From the NCBI GenBank assembly GCA_049521795.1, contig JBEKOM010000004.1, forward strand, positions 1 to 64,000: 64,000 bases of DNA. The letters are read 5' to 3'. Below are positions 1-10,030 of this stretch, in pieces (the first letter of the stretch is position 1; every line of letters begins with the position of its first letter). This DNA comes from Candidatus Bathyarchaeia archaeon (GTDB lineage Archaea > Thermoproteota > Bathyarchaeia > Bathyarchaeales > Bathycorpusculaceae). The notes below the pieces were generated by a model. It searched no databases. It worked only from the letters and a program-made list of their open reading frames with translations, and had not been told where the DNA came from. Made by a program: the position numbers and the translations under genes.

Positions 1-524
<524 letters not shown>

Positions 525-641
525 AAGTAAAGAGCCTTGCAAAATCGACTGGAGGAGAAAACAGGGTGAGCCACCGAGACGCCAAAGCCACCTCAAAACA
601 TTCTCATATCACAAAGAGCATGCAGAGTTCTCTACTTCAAT

Positions 642-2702
642 TCAGTCTTTCAGAACCGTGCCCTTTCCGAAGGGAATAAACTCTCTAACCGACTCAACTG
701 ACAGGCTTAAGATGGCTTCTCGCAGTTCCTTGGACACTTTTCCAGACAAATTTCTGAGAACACGCTTGAAAAGTTCCTTGCCGCTCAAGTCTCCCGGTAC
801 GATTACCACGTGTGCAGTTGTCTTGGTCTTGACCGCTTCGACAGGTCCTCCGCTGATTTTGGTCACGCCTGTTTCCTCGTCAAGAGCAACGCCAACCGCT
901 ATCCTAAGCGAAACCCCGCGCATCCAGTTTCTCTCGCCGCGAACAACGAATGCACCGCGACCTACGGATTCGCCAGAAGGCCCTCCCTTGCTCAGTTGCT
1001 CCGGCTTAACCCAGTAAATATCCACACTTGCAAAGCCCTCTCGCCACCCTCTCGAAAAAGCAGCGGCGAACTCTCCTGCTTCACGCAAGCACTCTTCACC
1101 TAGTTCTTGCTCTCCCTTCTTGATTACGACAAACGGCGCACCGACAATATCGGCGTGGAAAACGATGTCTCCGCTGTCGGTGTACTTCTTGATCAATACC
1201 TCGTTGGTCACGGCGTCCTTGCCAGCGACAACCAGAAACCCGTCGGATGACACGAACCACCTGAACTTTTCAAACCATTCCTTACGCTTCACCCTGCGTT
1301 TCTCAAGCATCCCCAAGGCTTCGGCTGGCTTGACAAACTCCAACGCGTGAGCCTCGTCCACCTTTGCCTTAGCTTCCTGAAGTCTGCTCAAATAATCGTT
1401 TAAGGCCACCTGAGCGCCTTCCATTCTCTGCTTGGCACGTTTGCTACGCTTGTAAAATTCTGACGCGCTTTCAAAGAGTGTCTTGCGCAAGTCTAGGTTG
1501 AAGGACAAGTCGTTCACACAGACCTTGATTGAGAACTCCTCGTTGTTGAAAGACTCAAAAAACATCCACGGCTTGACACCCTTCTGTTTCTCGCTTAAAA
1601 CTTCAGAAATCATGCTCTTCCATTCCTTGCCGCTCTTCTTTTCTCCCAGGAATCTTTCTATTATGGCTTGTAACTCAGTGAAGTGTGCATAGATCAAGTC
1701 ACCGATGCGCCTGTGTCGCTCCGCTTCGGCACGTGCGCTGGCGACTACTTTCTGCTGTTCAGCTACGATGCGTTCAAGTCTTGCCGCTTCAGCTTTGAAC
1801 TCTTCAACCTTCGTCCCCTGGGCAGCACTTTCAAGCACTGACAGTTTGGCGTAGAACTCATCCAGTGCCTCGTTGAATGTGCAATGGGGATGGGTTTTGA
1901 AGGCTTCACTTTCGTAACGTTTGAGCATCAAAGGCGTAGCATCAACAAGAACGTCGGTCTTGTCGAAGACGACACGAGGCTCTAGGGCTCCATTCCTAAC
2001 GTGCGACAACAGCTCCTGAAGGTTTTCGAAGATGGTCCTGACTTCATCATCGCTCAACAGGTTGCAGACCTTGGCTTTATGAACAGCAGCCCGAGCTAGA
2101 ACCTCCTCTGCGTAGATGCCGCCTATGCTTAGAAAACGAGTGAGTGCCCTGACGACTTCAACATCGCCGAAAGATTTTAAGGTTAAGTTGAATTCCTCCT
2201 GGTTCACCTTGAACGGATTCTTTCCGCTTGAAGGTGCAAACTTGAAAGGTTCGCCGCGGACTACGTTCCTGTCGCGCATCCGCCTGTAGACTAGAGCTTG
2301 GAGGATCTCAGCATTTTCGCCTACAAGAATGATGTTTCCGTCGCCGAAGAGCTCCAGGATCAATTGGAAATCAATATCTTGAGCGTGGAAGGACAACACA
2401 ACCACCCTCTCAAACTCGTACTGTTCGATGGAGCTCAATCGAGCGTTCCGCAAATACTTCCTTAGAGCCATGCAAAACGCAGGAGGCGTGGAAGGCTTCT
2501 CTGACGCGTAGGCCGTCAGGTTCATCCGTCTTCCAGCCGCCAGGATCAGCCAGAGCGTTGGTTTGTCAGCTTTGTGTAGTTTGAGGGCTATGGTCTTGGC
2601 GTCCAGCTGATAGATGTTGCTCACGATCGAACTTAGCACTTCGGTTTTCAACTCTCGCACGACGGCAGCAACGTCGAAGCTTGTGAACTCCTTCCTGGAC
2701 AA
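642..2702 (-). CDS. rqcH: Ribosome quality control protein Rqc2/NEMF (NFACT family)
   Basis: NFACT-N motifs (PPAFCMALRKYL, ELFGDGNIIL), coiled coil, NFACT-R motifs (WFEKFRWF, GKDAVTNE, FHADIVGAP). Confidence 0.93.
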   Translation of the reverse strand: MSRKEFTSFDVAAVVRELKTEVLSSIVSNIYQLDAKTIALKLHKADKPTLWLILAAGRRMNLTAYASEKPSTPPAFCMALRKYLRNARLSSIEQYEFERVVVLSFHAQDIDFQLILELFGDGNIILVGENAEILQALVYRRMRDRNVVRGEPFKFAPSSGKNPFKVNQEEFNLTLKSFGDVEVVRALTRFLSIGGIYAEEVLARAAVHKAKVCNLLSDDEVRTIFENLQELLSHVRNGALEPRVVFDKTDVLVDATPLMLKRYESEAFKTHPHCTFNEALDEFYAKLSVLESAAQGTKVEEFKAEAARLERIVAEQQKVVASARAEAERHRRIGDLIYAHFTELQAIIERFLGEKKSGKEWKSMISEVLSEKQKGVKPWMFFESFNNEEFSIKVCVNDLSFNLDLRKTLFESASEFYKRSKRAKQRMEGAQVALNDYLSRLQEAKAKVDEAHALEFVKPAEALGMLEKRRVKRKEWFEKFRWFVSSDGFLVVAGKDAVTNEVLIKKYTDSGDIVFHADIVGAPFVVIKKGEQELGEECLREAGEFAAAFSRGWREGFASVDIYWVKPEQLSKGGPSGESVGRGAFVVRGERNWMRGVSLRIAVGVALDEETGVTKISGGPVEAVKTKTTAHVVIVPGDLSGKELFKRVLRNLSGKVSKELREAILSLSVESVREFIPFGKGTVLKD

Positions 2703-2705
2703 CCC

Positions 2706-2743
2706 GAGTCACATCACACACTAGTGACTCAGACACTATAAAT
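2706..2743 (-). promoter_or_regulatory. rqcH TATA box plus GAGTCAC-N11-GTGACTC inverted repeat between TATA and start codon
   Basis: TTTATA on the minus strand at about 2738-2743; perfect 7-bp inverted repeat at 2706-2712/2724-2730. Confidence 0.45.
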
Positions 2744-3124
2744 ACGCGTTCTCGCCCTATCTGCCAGCATCCGAACGGCGGTCTTTCTCCTTCTGGCATA
2801 CTGAAGACTTGAAGATTTGAAATATGGATTGTGACTTCATAAACCAAAAATGTATCCTCGTCCTTGGGAAGGGTGGGTTACGAAGATTGAACACACAAAA
2901 TGCAATTCAACCCGTTGAGCGCGATTGTCTGTTGAAGAAAATCTCCAAGAGCCAGAGGAAAATAGAAGCAAGCAAGCCATTGTATCTGCTTCGATACGAG
3001 TAGGCTCGCATGCCTCGTCCCGTGTGAGAAGGCATTGTTCTAGAATTCTATTCCTGTCGAAATAGTCGATAATAGGCAACTTTAAATCTCGTTCCAAAAT
3101 ATAAGTTGGAAAGGTTAGAAAGCC

Positions 3125-3433
3125 TTGAAACCTCTGGAAACCGTTTACTGGCTCAGATTCGGGTTCGGCATCCTGGCCGCTTTGGTCTGCATAGGTTATG
3201 GCGTGGTGGCAAACGCGATTTCCAGAACAACGTTTCAATATAACCTCTTGCTGAACAGCGTGTCCCTTGCTATAATAGTGTACGTGCTCTCCTACTACGT
3301 CATAAAGGCCGGATTTCGACTTAAAGTGCAGAAAACTCAGAAGCTGTTGACAACGGGAATAGGAATCTACTTTCTCTCCTGGATAACTTTTTTCGCTCTG
3401 CTGTACACGATGCTTGCTGGGGCTGGTGCCTAG
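3125..3433 (+). CDS. EMC6/Rab5ip-like small 3-TM membrane protein
   Basis: 102 aa, three hydrophobic helices; C-terminal GIGIYFLSWITFFALLY resembles the EMC6 G..Y...W...Y signature. Confidence 0.65.
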   Translation: MKPLETVYWLRFGFGILAALVCIGYGVVANAISRTTFQYNLLLNSVSLAIIVYVLSYYVIKAGFRLKVQKTQKLLTTGIGIYFLSWITFFALLYTMLAGAGA

Positions 3434-3891
3434 CCTGTTTCCTCTTTGAGGAAGTCTTCCATCGATGCTTGGTCGTCAGGGCTCACGTTCTCAGGGTTCT
3501 CTTCTTGAGCCGCTGAAACCCTGGTGCTTGGACTGGCCACGTTGCTGGGGACGGTTATTCTGCTGATCACGCGCATACAGTCTGCCCACGCTGAAAAGAA
3601 ACCTCGGTCAAAGTCTCCGTGCAGCCTGTTCCTCACGTGTTCGAGAAATTCTCGTCTGTAACTGTTTAGGCCTGGCTTATCGTTCAAATCCATGGTTGAG
3701 AAGAGCGCGTACGAGTCACCGTTTGCCTTGCGGGACAGAAACATGCCGTAAAGGGCCCTGAAGTATCCTCTGTTCCACTCTGTCTTCTGCATCTTCTGCT
3801 TCAGCCTCTCCAGCTCCCGCTCTGCTTCTGTGAACTGCCTGTTGACTAGCAACTGAAAGAATCTTGTTACGAGAGCTGACGGAATAGGCAT
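3430..3891 (-). CDS. Hypothetical helical protein co-transcribed with radA
   Basis: 153 aa; starts 2 nt after the radA stop; repeated RG(Y/F)F helices. Confidence 0.75.
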   Translation of the reverse strand: MPIPSALVTRFFQLLVNRQFTEAERELERLKQKMQKTEWNRGYFRALYGMFLSRKANGDSYALFSTMDLNDKPGLNSYRREFLEHVRNRLHGDFDRGFFSAWADCMRVISRITVPSNVASPSTRVSAAQEENPENVSPDDQASMEDFLKEETG

Positions 3892-3893
3892 CT

Positions 3894-4910
3894 TCAGTGA
3901 CCACGAGGCTTCTTCTCTTCTTCAGAAGCATCTTCTATGCCGTTCTCTGTTACTTTAAATATTTCCTCGCCTTCAGGCAGGTAAGGGCTTGAGACCAGCC
4001 GCGCTATGCGTATGGGCCCATGCGCAGCCCTTCTCAGGTAAACACGCGTGTGACTCGTGTGTCCGACGATGTGACCGCCGATGGGGTGAACCGCATCTCC
4101 GAAGAAAACGTCGGGCTTCGCCATAACCTGATTGGTCACGACTGCCGCAGCGTTGAAGGCTCTCGCCAAACCGATGAGCTTGTGCATGTGCTTGTTCAGT
4201 CTCTGTTGCCTAGGCGCCAGCATCTCGCGTCCAATGTACTCGCTTCTGAAGTGCGCTGTCAAAGAGTCTACGATTATCAGTTTCACATTGTTTGCCTTGA
4301 TGACCTCATCAGCATTGTCAAGCAGGAACATCTGATGGTCAGAAGTGTAAGCTTCCGCGTAGATTATGTTCTTCACGACCTGTTCAGGGTCAAGCCCCAA
4401 ATGCTTAGACATCGAAACGATGCGTTCGGTGCGGAAGGTGTTCTCAGTGTCAACGTACAACGCTGAACCGCCGAGACCGCCTCTATCGGGAGGCAGCTGA
4501 ACGTTCACGCACAGCTGGTGGCAGATCTGACTTTTTCCACTTCCGTACTCGCCGTAAAACTCCGTTATGGTCTGCGTCTCCATTCCGCCATTAAGCAGCC
4601 TGTCCACAACCTTGCTTCCACTCGTCAGACGCAAAACGTCCTTGCGCATCCTCAGGAGCTCGTCTGCTCGAATGAAAGAGACGCCGATATTTGCACGTGC
4701 AATCTCAATTATCGAGAAGGCTTTCTTCTCGCTTATGCCGGCGGGCTCCAGCTCCCGGGCGGTCGCCATGGCCAGAGACTCGATCGTGTGAAAACCCATC
4801 TCTCGCAGCTTCTGGGCAGTAGCAGGACCGACTCCTGGCAAGTCCTCTAAAAACTCATACTTCTTCTTAGTGGTGTCCTCAGAGCTTTCCGATGTTTCTT
4901 CCGAGGCCAT
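3894..4910 (-). CDS. radA: DNA repair and recombination protein RadA
   Basis: N-terminal HhH (LPGVGPATA), FxxA polymerisation motif (FIRA), Walker A GEYGSGKS, DSLTAHFRSEY; no intein; ATG at 4910 preferred over 4931. Confidence 0.98.
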   Translation of the reverse strand: MASEETSESSEDTTKKKYEFLEDLPGVGPATAQKLREMGFHTIESLAMATARELEPAGISEKKAFSIIEIARANIGVSFIRADELLRMRKDVLRLTSGSKVVDRLLNGGMETQTITEFYGEYGSGKSQICHQLCVNVQLPPDRGGLGGSALYVDTENTFRTERIVSMSKHLGLDPEQVVKNIIYAEAYTSDHQMFLLDNADEVIKANNVKLIIVDSLTAHFRSEYIGREMLAPRQQRLNKHMHKLIGLARAFNAAAVVTNQVMAKPDVFFGDAVHPIGGHIVGHTSHTRVYLRRAAHGPIRIARLVSSPYLPEGEEIFKVTENGIEDASEEEKKPRGH

Positions 4911-5112
4911 AAAACCCTTCTCTCCTTCCACAGTTGATAGAACAGATAGACACGCCGTATTTAAAACACGCGAAGCTTAACAGCCCACCTTACACGGAGA
5001 GATAGGTTAAAGTGAACAGCCCGAAACAGTCTTCTTTCAGTATCTGCGACGAGCAAGACAAGGTATAAGTACGCGCCTCTTCCATAAAACAAGCCAAAAA
5101 GGGGAAGAAACC

Positions 5113-5997
5113 TTGGAAACAGAAAAAGTCGCGGAAAACGTTGCCTTCAACATTCTGAAACAAGCGGTCATCTACTTGCCAGACGACGTAAAGCAGGCTT
5201 TGAAAAAAGCGTACGCTGAAGAGACGAGCGCCACGGGCAAAACGCAGCTGAAAGCGATCTTGGACAACATTGAACTGGCGGAAAAATATCAGGCTCCAGT
5301 GTGCCAAGACACGGGCACGATTATCTTCTACATCAAGGCGGGCGCCAAAGCAAAGAACCTTGACAGAGTCGAGACCGCGCTGATAAACGCTACGAAGAGG
5401 GCCACGAAGGAAGTTCCGCTGAGACCGAACGCGGTTGACCCGTTCACGGGAAAGAACAGCGGAGACAACACCGGAAGATACATACCTGTTCTGAATTGGG
5501 AAATCGTTCCAGGAGACAGTGTGGAAATGACGGTGTTGACCAAGGGAGGAGGGTCCGAAAACGTCTGCATCGGCGGAATGATCGTTCCCGGCGAAGGGAT
5601 CAAGGGTTTGAAGAAGTTTGTGGTGGACGCCGTGATAAAGGCTGGAGCTCAGCCCTGTCCCCCGAACATACTGGGAGTCGCGATGGGCGGCGGAGCCGAC
5701 ACGTCGATGAAACTGGCCAAGAAAATCCTGCTCAGACCTCTCACTGAGCACAACCCGGACCCAGAAATCGCCAAGCTTGAGAAAGAGATCTTTGAGGCGG
5801 CAAACATGACCGGGATAGGCCCGATGGGACTCGGAGGAAAAACAACAGTCCTCGGCGTGCATATCGACTACGCTTTCAGACACCCAGCGTCTTTCCCAGC
5901 GGCCGTCGCCTTCAACTGCTGGGCCTCAAGACATGCGACGGCAAGGATAAGCGCGGATGGAAATGTCGAGTACTTAACGCACAAGCTGGAGTGGTGA
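5113..5997 (+). CDS. Class I fumarate hydratase/tartrate dehydratase alpha subunit
   Basis: PVCQDTG, KGGGSEN, GAQPCPP, GIGPMGLGG, CWA motifs. Confidence 0.93.
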   Translation: METEKVAENVAFNILKQAVIYLPDDVKQALKKAYAEETSATGKTQLKAILDNIELAEKYQAPVCQDTGTIIFYIKAGAKAKNLDRVETALINATKRATKEVPLRPNAVDPFTGKNSGDNTGRYIPVLNWEIVPGDSVEMTVLTKGGGSENVCIGGMIVPGEGIKGLKKFVVDAVIKAGAQPCPPNILGVAMGGGADTSMKLAKKILLRPLTEHNPDPEIAKLEKEIFEAANMTGIGPMGLGGKTTVLGVHIDYAFRHPASFPAAVAFNCWASRHATARISADGNVEYLTHKLEW

Positions 5998-5998
5998 G

Positions 5999-6613
5999 GT
6001 GAAAGAGATGACAGTTTACAAGCTTAAGACTCCGATCTCGGAGGAGCAAATTCGCAAACTCAAAGTCAACGATGTGCTCTACGTGACTGGAACCATAGTG
6101 ACCGCCAGAGATCAGGCTCACAGAAGAGCGCTGGAATACTTCAAGGAAGGCAAGCCCCTGCCCGTCAGCCTTGAAGGCTTAGCTGTGTTCCACTGCGGAC
6201 CCGTTGTAGCTAAAGAAGGGGACAAGTGGGTAGCAGTGGCCGCTGGCCCCACGACGAGCACGCGGATGGACATCTTCGAAGACGAGTTCATCAAAGACTT
6301 CAAAGTCAGAGTGGTCATCGGCAAGGGCGGCATGGGAAAGAGGACAACAGACGCGATGGCAAAGTACGGCGCCGTCTACGGTGCCTTCACGGGTGGAGCC
6401 GCAGTGCTGGCTGCTAAGGCAATAAAGAGCATCAAAAGCGTGGAATGGTTCGACTTAGGAATGCCCGAAGCCATGTGGATCTTCGAAGCTGAAGAATTCG
6501 GCCCGCTGGCAGTCGCCATCGACTCACACGGAAACAACCTGTTCGCAGACGTGCAGAAGAGCGTGGAAGAGAGTAAGCAGAGAATCTATCAGAAACTTGG
6601 CATAACGCCTTAG
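5999..6613 (+). CDS. Class I fumarate hydratase/tartrate dehydratase beta subunit
   Basis: TARDQAH, HCGP, GPTTSTRM, IGKGGM, DSHGN motifs; adjacent to the alpha subunit. Confidence 0.93.
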   Translation: MKEMTVYKLKTPISEEQIRKLKVNDVLYVTGTIVTARDQAHRRALEYFKEGKPLPVSLEGLAVFHCGPVVAKEGDKWVAVAAGPTTSTRMDIFEDEFIKDFKVRVVIGKGGMGKRTTDAMAKYGAVYGAFTGGAAVLAAKAIKSIKSVEWFDLGMPEAMWIFEAEEFGPLAVAIDSHGNNLFADVQKSVEESKQRIYQKLGITP

Positions 6614-6739
6614 TTTCAACCACCATTTTTCTACTCATTTGTGACGCCGTTCAGTTTCTTTTATATGGATTCAAGATCGTGTTTCGTGTATAAGAAGATT
6701 TAATATTACACAGGCCCGACTAGAAGCGGGAAACGACAA

Positions 6740-7219
6740 ATGTTCAAGACTTTCAGGGACAAGATAACCCTGTCCGGGATCACCGTGCTCATGATAGGGG
6801 TAGCCCTACTGATATTCACCTTCGCCAGTGCTTACGGCTTCCTGACTCAAGGGCTGTCAATACTTCCTTCCAGCGACCTCGCAGGCACATTCGGCGCAAC
6901 TCTTGCTCCATTGATCTCAACGTGCATTCGCATAATGTACCTAGGCGTCATGGGCTGGGTAGGCTCACTTCTGACGATAAGAGGAGTTACGATAATTTCC
7001 CAAGCGCGTCAGACACCAGCAGTGCTCACGGAGGAACCGACAATAGTTAAAGAAACGCCACAGCCTGCTACAAGACCCAAGACAGAAATATTGCAGGCTG
7101 AAGCCAAGCCGTACGAACCAGAGATCGTGGTCCTGACGCCAGAAAAAGTACCACAGACACAGCAGAAGCCCCAAGAACCAAACCAAGAGTCACAGCAGGA
7201 TCAGAAAGAGAAGAACTGA
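6740..7219 (+). CDS. Hypothetical membrane protein with Pro/Gln/Glu-rich tail
   Basis: Two TM segments then a low-complexity C-terminus; first gene of a three-gene run. Confidence 0.75.
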   Translation: MFKTFRDKITLSGITVLMIGVALLIFTFASAYGFLTQGLSILPSSDLAGTFGATLAPLISTCIRIMYLGVMGWVGSLLTIRGVTIISQARQTPAVLTEEPTIVKETPQPATRPKTEILQAEAKPYEPEIVVLTPEKVPQTQQKPQEPNQESQQDQKEKN

Positions 7220-7277
7220 GTTTCTCCAACGGCATGCTTTGTCTAACGGATTGCCTTACACCGGAGAACAGCCAATC

Positions 7278-8057
7278 ATGAGAATACCTATCCGAATCAT
7301 AAGCTTAGCTACGTCCGCCTTCTGGATTTTTCTCATCATCTTCTCTGCATCCGCAATATATTCTATGAAAGACTTTCAGGTAAGCCTCGGACAGCCGCAA
7401 ACAAGCACGACAGAAGACCATGAATTACTGTTTTCTTTCCCAGTTTCTGTCGTCAACACCGGTCTCTACGAGATAGCTGATTTCAACATCTCCAAAAGCT
7501 TCCTAGACGAAGAGGGCTCGGCGCTCGCAGGAGGATCAATCTTCATATCTGCAATAGCTCAAGGCCAGACGATAAACGTCACCCAAGACTTGAGGCTGAA
7601 CGTCACTGACCTGCTGCAAACTCATCAAAGCCTCTTGAACAACGACACTGACCTCACAACAAACACGAGGCTAAGCATGCTGGCCGCGGGGGTAATCCCA
7701 GTGCAGGTCTCAACGAACTCTTCTATGCAGTGGGGAGCACCGCTTTACAATCTGACGCTGGGAACGCCTCAGCTCGCCATGTTCAACGCCACTTATTCTG
7801 TGGCCACCGTTCCACTGAGCTTTGAGAACCATGCATTCTTTGACCTGTCAGGTGTAGTGTGGCTGCGCGCGTACAGCAACGCTAGTGAGCTGATTGGCCA
7901 AGGTCAAACCAGCATCCAAGTGACTCAAGATTCACCGTTCGCTGGTAACCTTGAAGTCTATGTCCCGTCAGCAGCAGGGCCCGTAGTACGTTTTGAAGTC
8001 TTTTTCGTTACGACTTTTTTCAATTATGGGCAGGAGATCGCCGCTCATGGTGACTGA
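7278..8057 (+). CDS. Hypothetical N-terminally anchored extracellular beta-rich protein (LEA_2-like repeats possible)
   Basis: Single N-terminal TM, several NxS/T sequons, two similar beta-rich halves (V.N.G.. / F.NH..F). Confidence 0.7.
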   Translation: MRIPIRIISLATSAFWIFLIIFSASAIYSMKDFQVSLGQPQTSTTEDHELLFSFPVSVVNTGLYEIADFNISKSFLDEEGSALAGGSIFISAIAQGQTINVTQDLRLNVTDLLQTHQSLLNNDTDLTTNTRLSMLAAGVIPVQVSTNSSMQWGAPLYNLTLGTPQLAMFNATYSVATVPLSFENHAFFDLSGVVWLRAYSNASELIGQGQTSIQVTQDSPFAGNLEVYVPSAAGPVVRFEVFFVTTFFNYGQEIAAHGD

Positions 8058-8496
8058 AGAAAATCGGGCCAAAGGAAGAATTTGGAAAAACATGCTCAAA
8101 GTCGCCAAAGCCGCAGTCAAGGCTACGATAGTGATCGTGGTTTATACCGTTCTGATTCAGTTTTTGGCGCCGGTTTCATCGATTATCCCCGGTTTGCAGC
8201 AGATGTTCCAAACCTTCATCGTAGTCTACGTCGTGCTGATGATCATCAGCGATCTGGCTTCAGGCACGCTTTTTCAGCATGTTTTCAACGCGGCAAAAGC
8301 CCTGTTTGTCATGTTTTATCTGGTCTTCTTCCTGAACGCGGGAATCTTCGAGTACACCGTTGGAAACGTGAATCTGATCGTTGACCTTCGACTGTTTCTC
8401 GTCATTTCGATGCTGCTGGGGCTGTTAGGACTGGCAAAGTCTGTTCTGCAGGCAATTAACTTTGTGAGTGAAAGAGCGGAGCCCGTGCTCGTCTAG
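8047..8496 (+). CDS. Hypothetical 4-TM membrane protein
   Basis: ATG 8047 with upstream AGGAG, overlapping the previous stop; four hydrophobic segments. Confidence 0.75.
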   Translation: MVTEENRAKGRIWKNMLKVAKAAVKATIVIVVYTVLIQFLAPVSSIIPGLQQMFQTFIVVYVVLMIISDLASGTLFQHVFNAAKALFVMFYLVFFLNAGIFEYTVGNVNLIVDLRLFLVISMLLGLLGLAKSVLQAINFVSERAEPVLV

Positions 8497-8502
8497 GCAT
8501 GT

Positions 8503-9012
8503 TCATTTGTTTTTCGACTGTATGTCACGGCTCATCACGAAGGCGTCTTCTCCGTCTGCGTAGTACCCGTGAACCGTGCGGGTGACTTCGAAACCCAGCT
8601 TCTTGTAAAGAGCAACTGCCTCTTCATTGGTCACTCTGACTTCCAAGTAGCACTGCTTGGCGCTGTAGGCTCGCATGCCCTCCATGGCTTGGGTTACCAG
8701 AGCCTCTCCTATGCCCTTGCGCCTGTGTTCAGGCAGAACGGCAATGGAAACGACGTGTCCCTTCTTGACGAAGCCGCTGAGGCCGAAGTTTGAAAAGCCA
8801 ACCTCAACCCTGCACATGATGTATCCAATGACCTTGTCATCTTCTTCTGCGACGATAAAGGTTTCAGGGAACCTGCGGTACAAGTCTACGAAGAAGATGT
8901 CGGTGTAGTTTTCTGGAAGACACAGCTCATTGATGTGCGTGACGCTTGCCAAGTCGTTCACACCGAATTTCCGCAGTTTGTACGTGCCCTGCAAGTCCTT
9001 CGACTCCAGCAA
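8503..9012 (-). CDS. ard1: N-alpha-acetyltransferase Ard1/RimI (GNAT)
   Basis: CLPENY, GHVVSIAV, RRKGIG acetyl-CoA motif, YYADGEDA. Confidence 0.93.
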   Translation of the reverse strand: MLESKDLQGTYKLRKFGVNDLASVTHINELCLPENYTDIFFVDLYRRFPETFIVAEEDDKVIGYIMCRVEVGFSNFGLSGFVKKGHVVSIAVLPEHRRKGIGEALVTQAMEGMRAYSAKQCYLEVRVTNEEAVALYKKLGFEVTRTVHGYYADGEDAFVMSRDIQSKNK

Positions 9013-9063
9013 ACCTTAAAGCCTAGACTTCAACGTAGCTTAAACGCTTTTCCCACGTTAAAG

Positions 9064-10029
9064 CTAGTTCACGTAGGACTCGTTTATCCGCACTCTGGCC
9101 CGTTCCGTGTTCATGCTCGCCCTAAGCCCAAACGGCAACGGCAGGTTAGGCGTGTAGTGACCGAAATCCATGCTTGCGATGATGGGAAAATCAAATTCTT
9201 CAGCTATGTCCAGGATCACTTTCTTGACTTCTTCGGTCATGTCCCTTATCGTGCCAGGCTGGTTGGGCTCCTCGCCCCTGATCTTGCCGATGAGCATGCC
9301 ACTCGTCTTATCAAACAAGCCAGCTTCCCTGAACTGAGTCAGGTCCTGGTCTATCTTCTCAAGCGGCTTCACCGTGCACTCCCAGAAGAAGATAATCTGC
9401 TCATCGATTTTTGGGAAGTAAGGAGTCGAAAGCAACGTCTGCAACGACGGAATGTTTCCGCCGAAAAGCCTCGCTTCAGCCTCACCCTCACGCCAAACCT
9501 CCCACGGCGTGAACTTGGGCAGCAGTCCCAGAGGCTCCGCGTTTTCAGTGATTTTCATGAAAAGCCCCATTTCGTAACTGGCTTCCAAGCTTTTCAGGTC
9601 TGCTCCGAAGCCAAAAATGACGTCTGACTGATGAAGGCCGCTGAGACCTGTCTTTGCAAGAAAGGCAACGTGAAAGGTTGTGATGTCGCTCATGCCTGAG
9701 AAAATCTTAGGGTTGGACTTTATCAAATCGAAATCCAGATAGCGTAGAGTTCGAATCGCAACCTGTCCTCCTATGGCACAGACGATGGCTTTGACCTCTT
9801 TGTCAGCGAACATCTTGTTGATGTCCGCGGCTCTCTGAGCATCTGTTCCGGCCATGTAGCCCATGTGCTCAAGCTTCACAGTTTTGCCTTCCTTCACTTT
9901 GAAGCCAAAGTCCTTCAGATTTCTGATTCCCCGGTCGTAGAGCTTCTGAAAGGGTGCAACAGGATAAGAAGGAGCAACTATGCCAACGGTGTCGCCGCGA
10001 TTAAGCTTTGGCGGTTTCAACACTCTCAT
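9064..10029 (-). CDS. S66 family LD-carboxypeptidase/MccF-like peptidase
   Basis: GDTVGIVAPS, GMSDIT (Ser), FFWE (Glu), DFGH (His) catalytic triad; ATG at 10029 follows the larA stop. Confidence 0.9.
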   Translation of the reverse strand: MRVLKPPKLNRGDTVGIVAPSYPVAPFQKLYDRGIRNLKDFGFKVKEGKTVKLEHMGYMAGTDAQRAADINKMFADKEVKAIVCAIGGQVAIRTLRYLDFDLIKSNPKIFSGMSDITTFHVAFLAKTGLSGLHQSDVIFGFGADLKSLEASYEMGLFMKITENAEPLGLLPKFTPWEVWREGEAEARLFGGNIPSLQTLLSTPYFPKIDEQIIFFWECTVKPLEKIDQDLTQFREAGLFDKTSGMLIGKIRGEEPNQPGTIRDMTEEVKKVILDIAEEFDFPIIASMDFGHYTPNLPLPFGLRASMNTERARVRINESYVN

Positions 10030-10030
10030 C

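Noticed and set aside
2824-3003. 59-aa ORF (MDCDFINQKC...) in the rqcH/EMC6-like intergenic region
   Set aside because: No recognisable motif or clear SD; cannot be supported from the sequence alone
4990-5883. 297-aa minus-strand ORF and many similar long overlapping ORFs
   Set aside because: Antisense or alternate-frame shadows of well-supported genes
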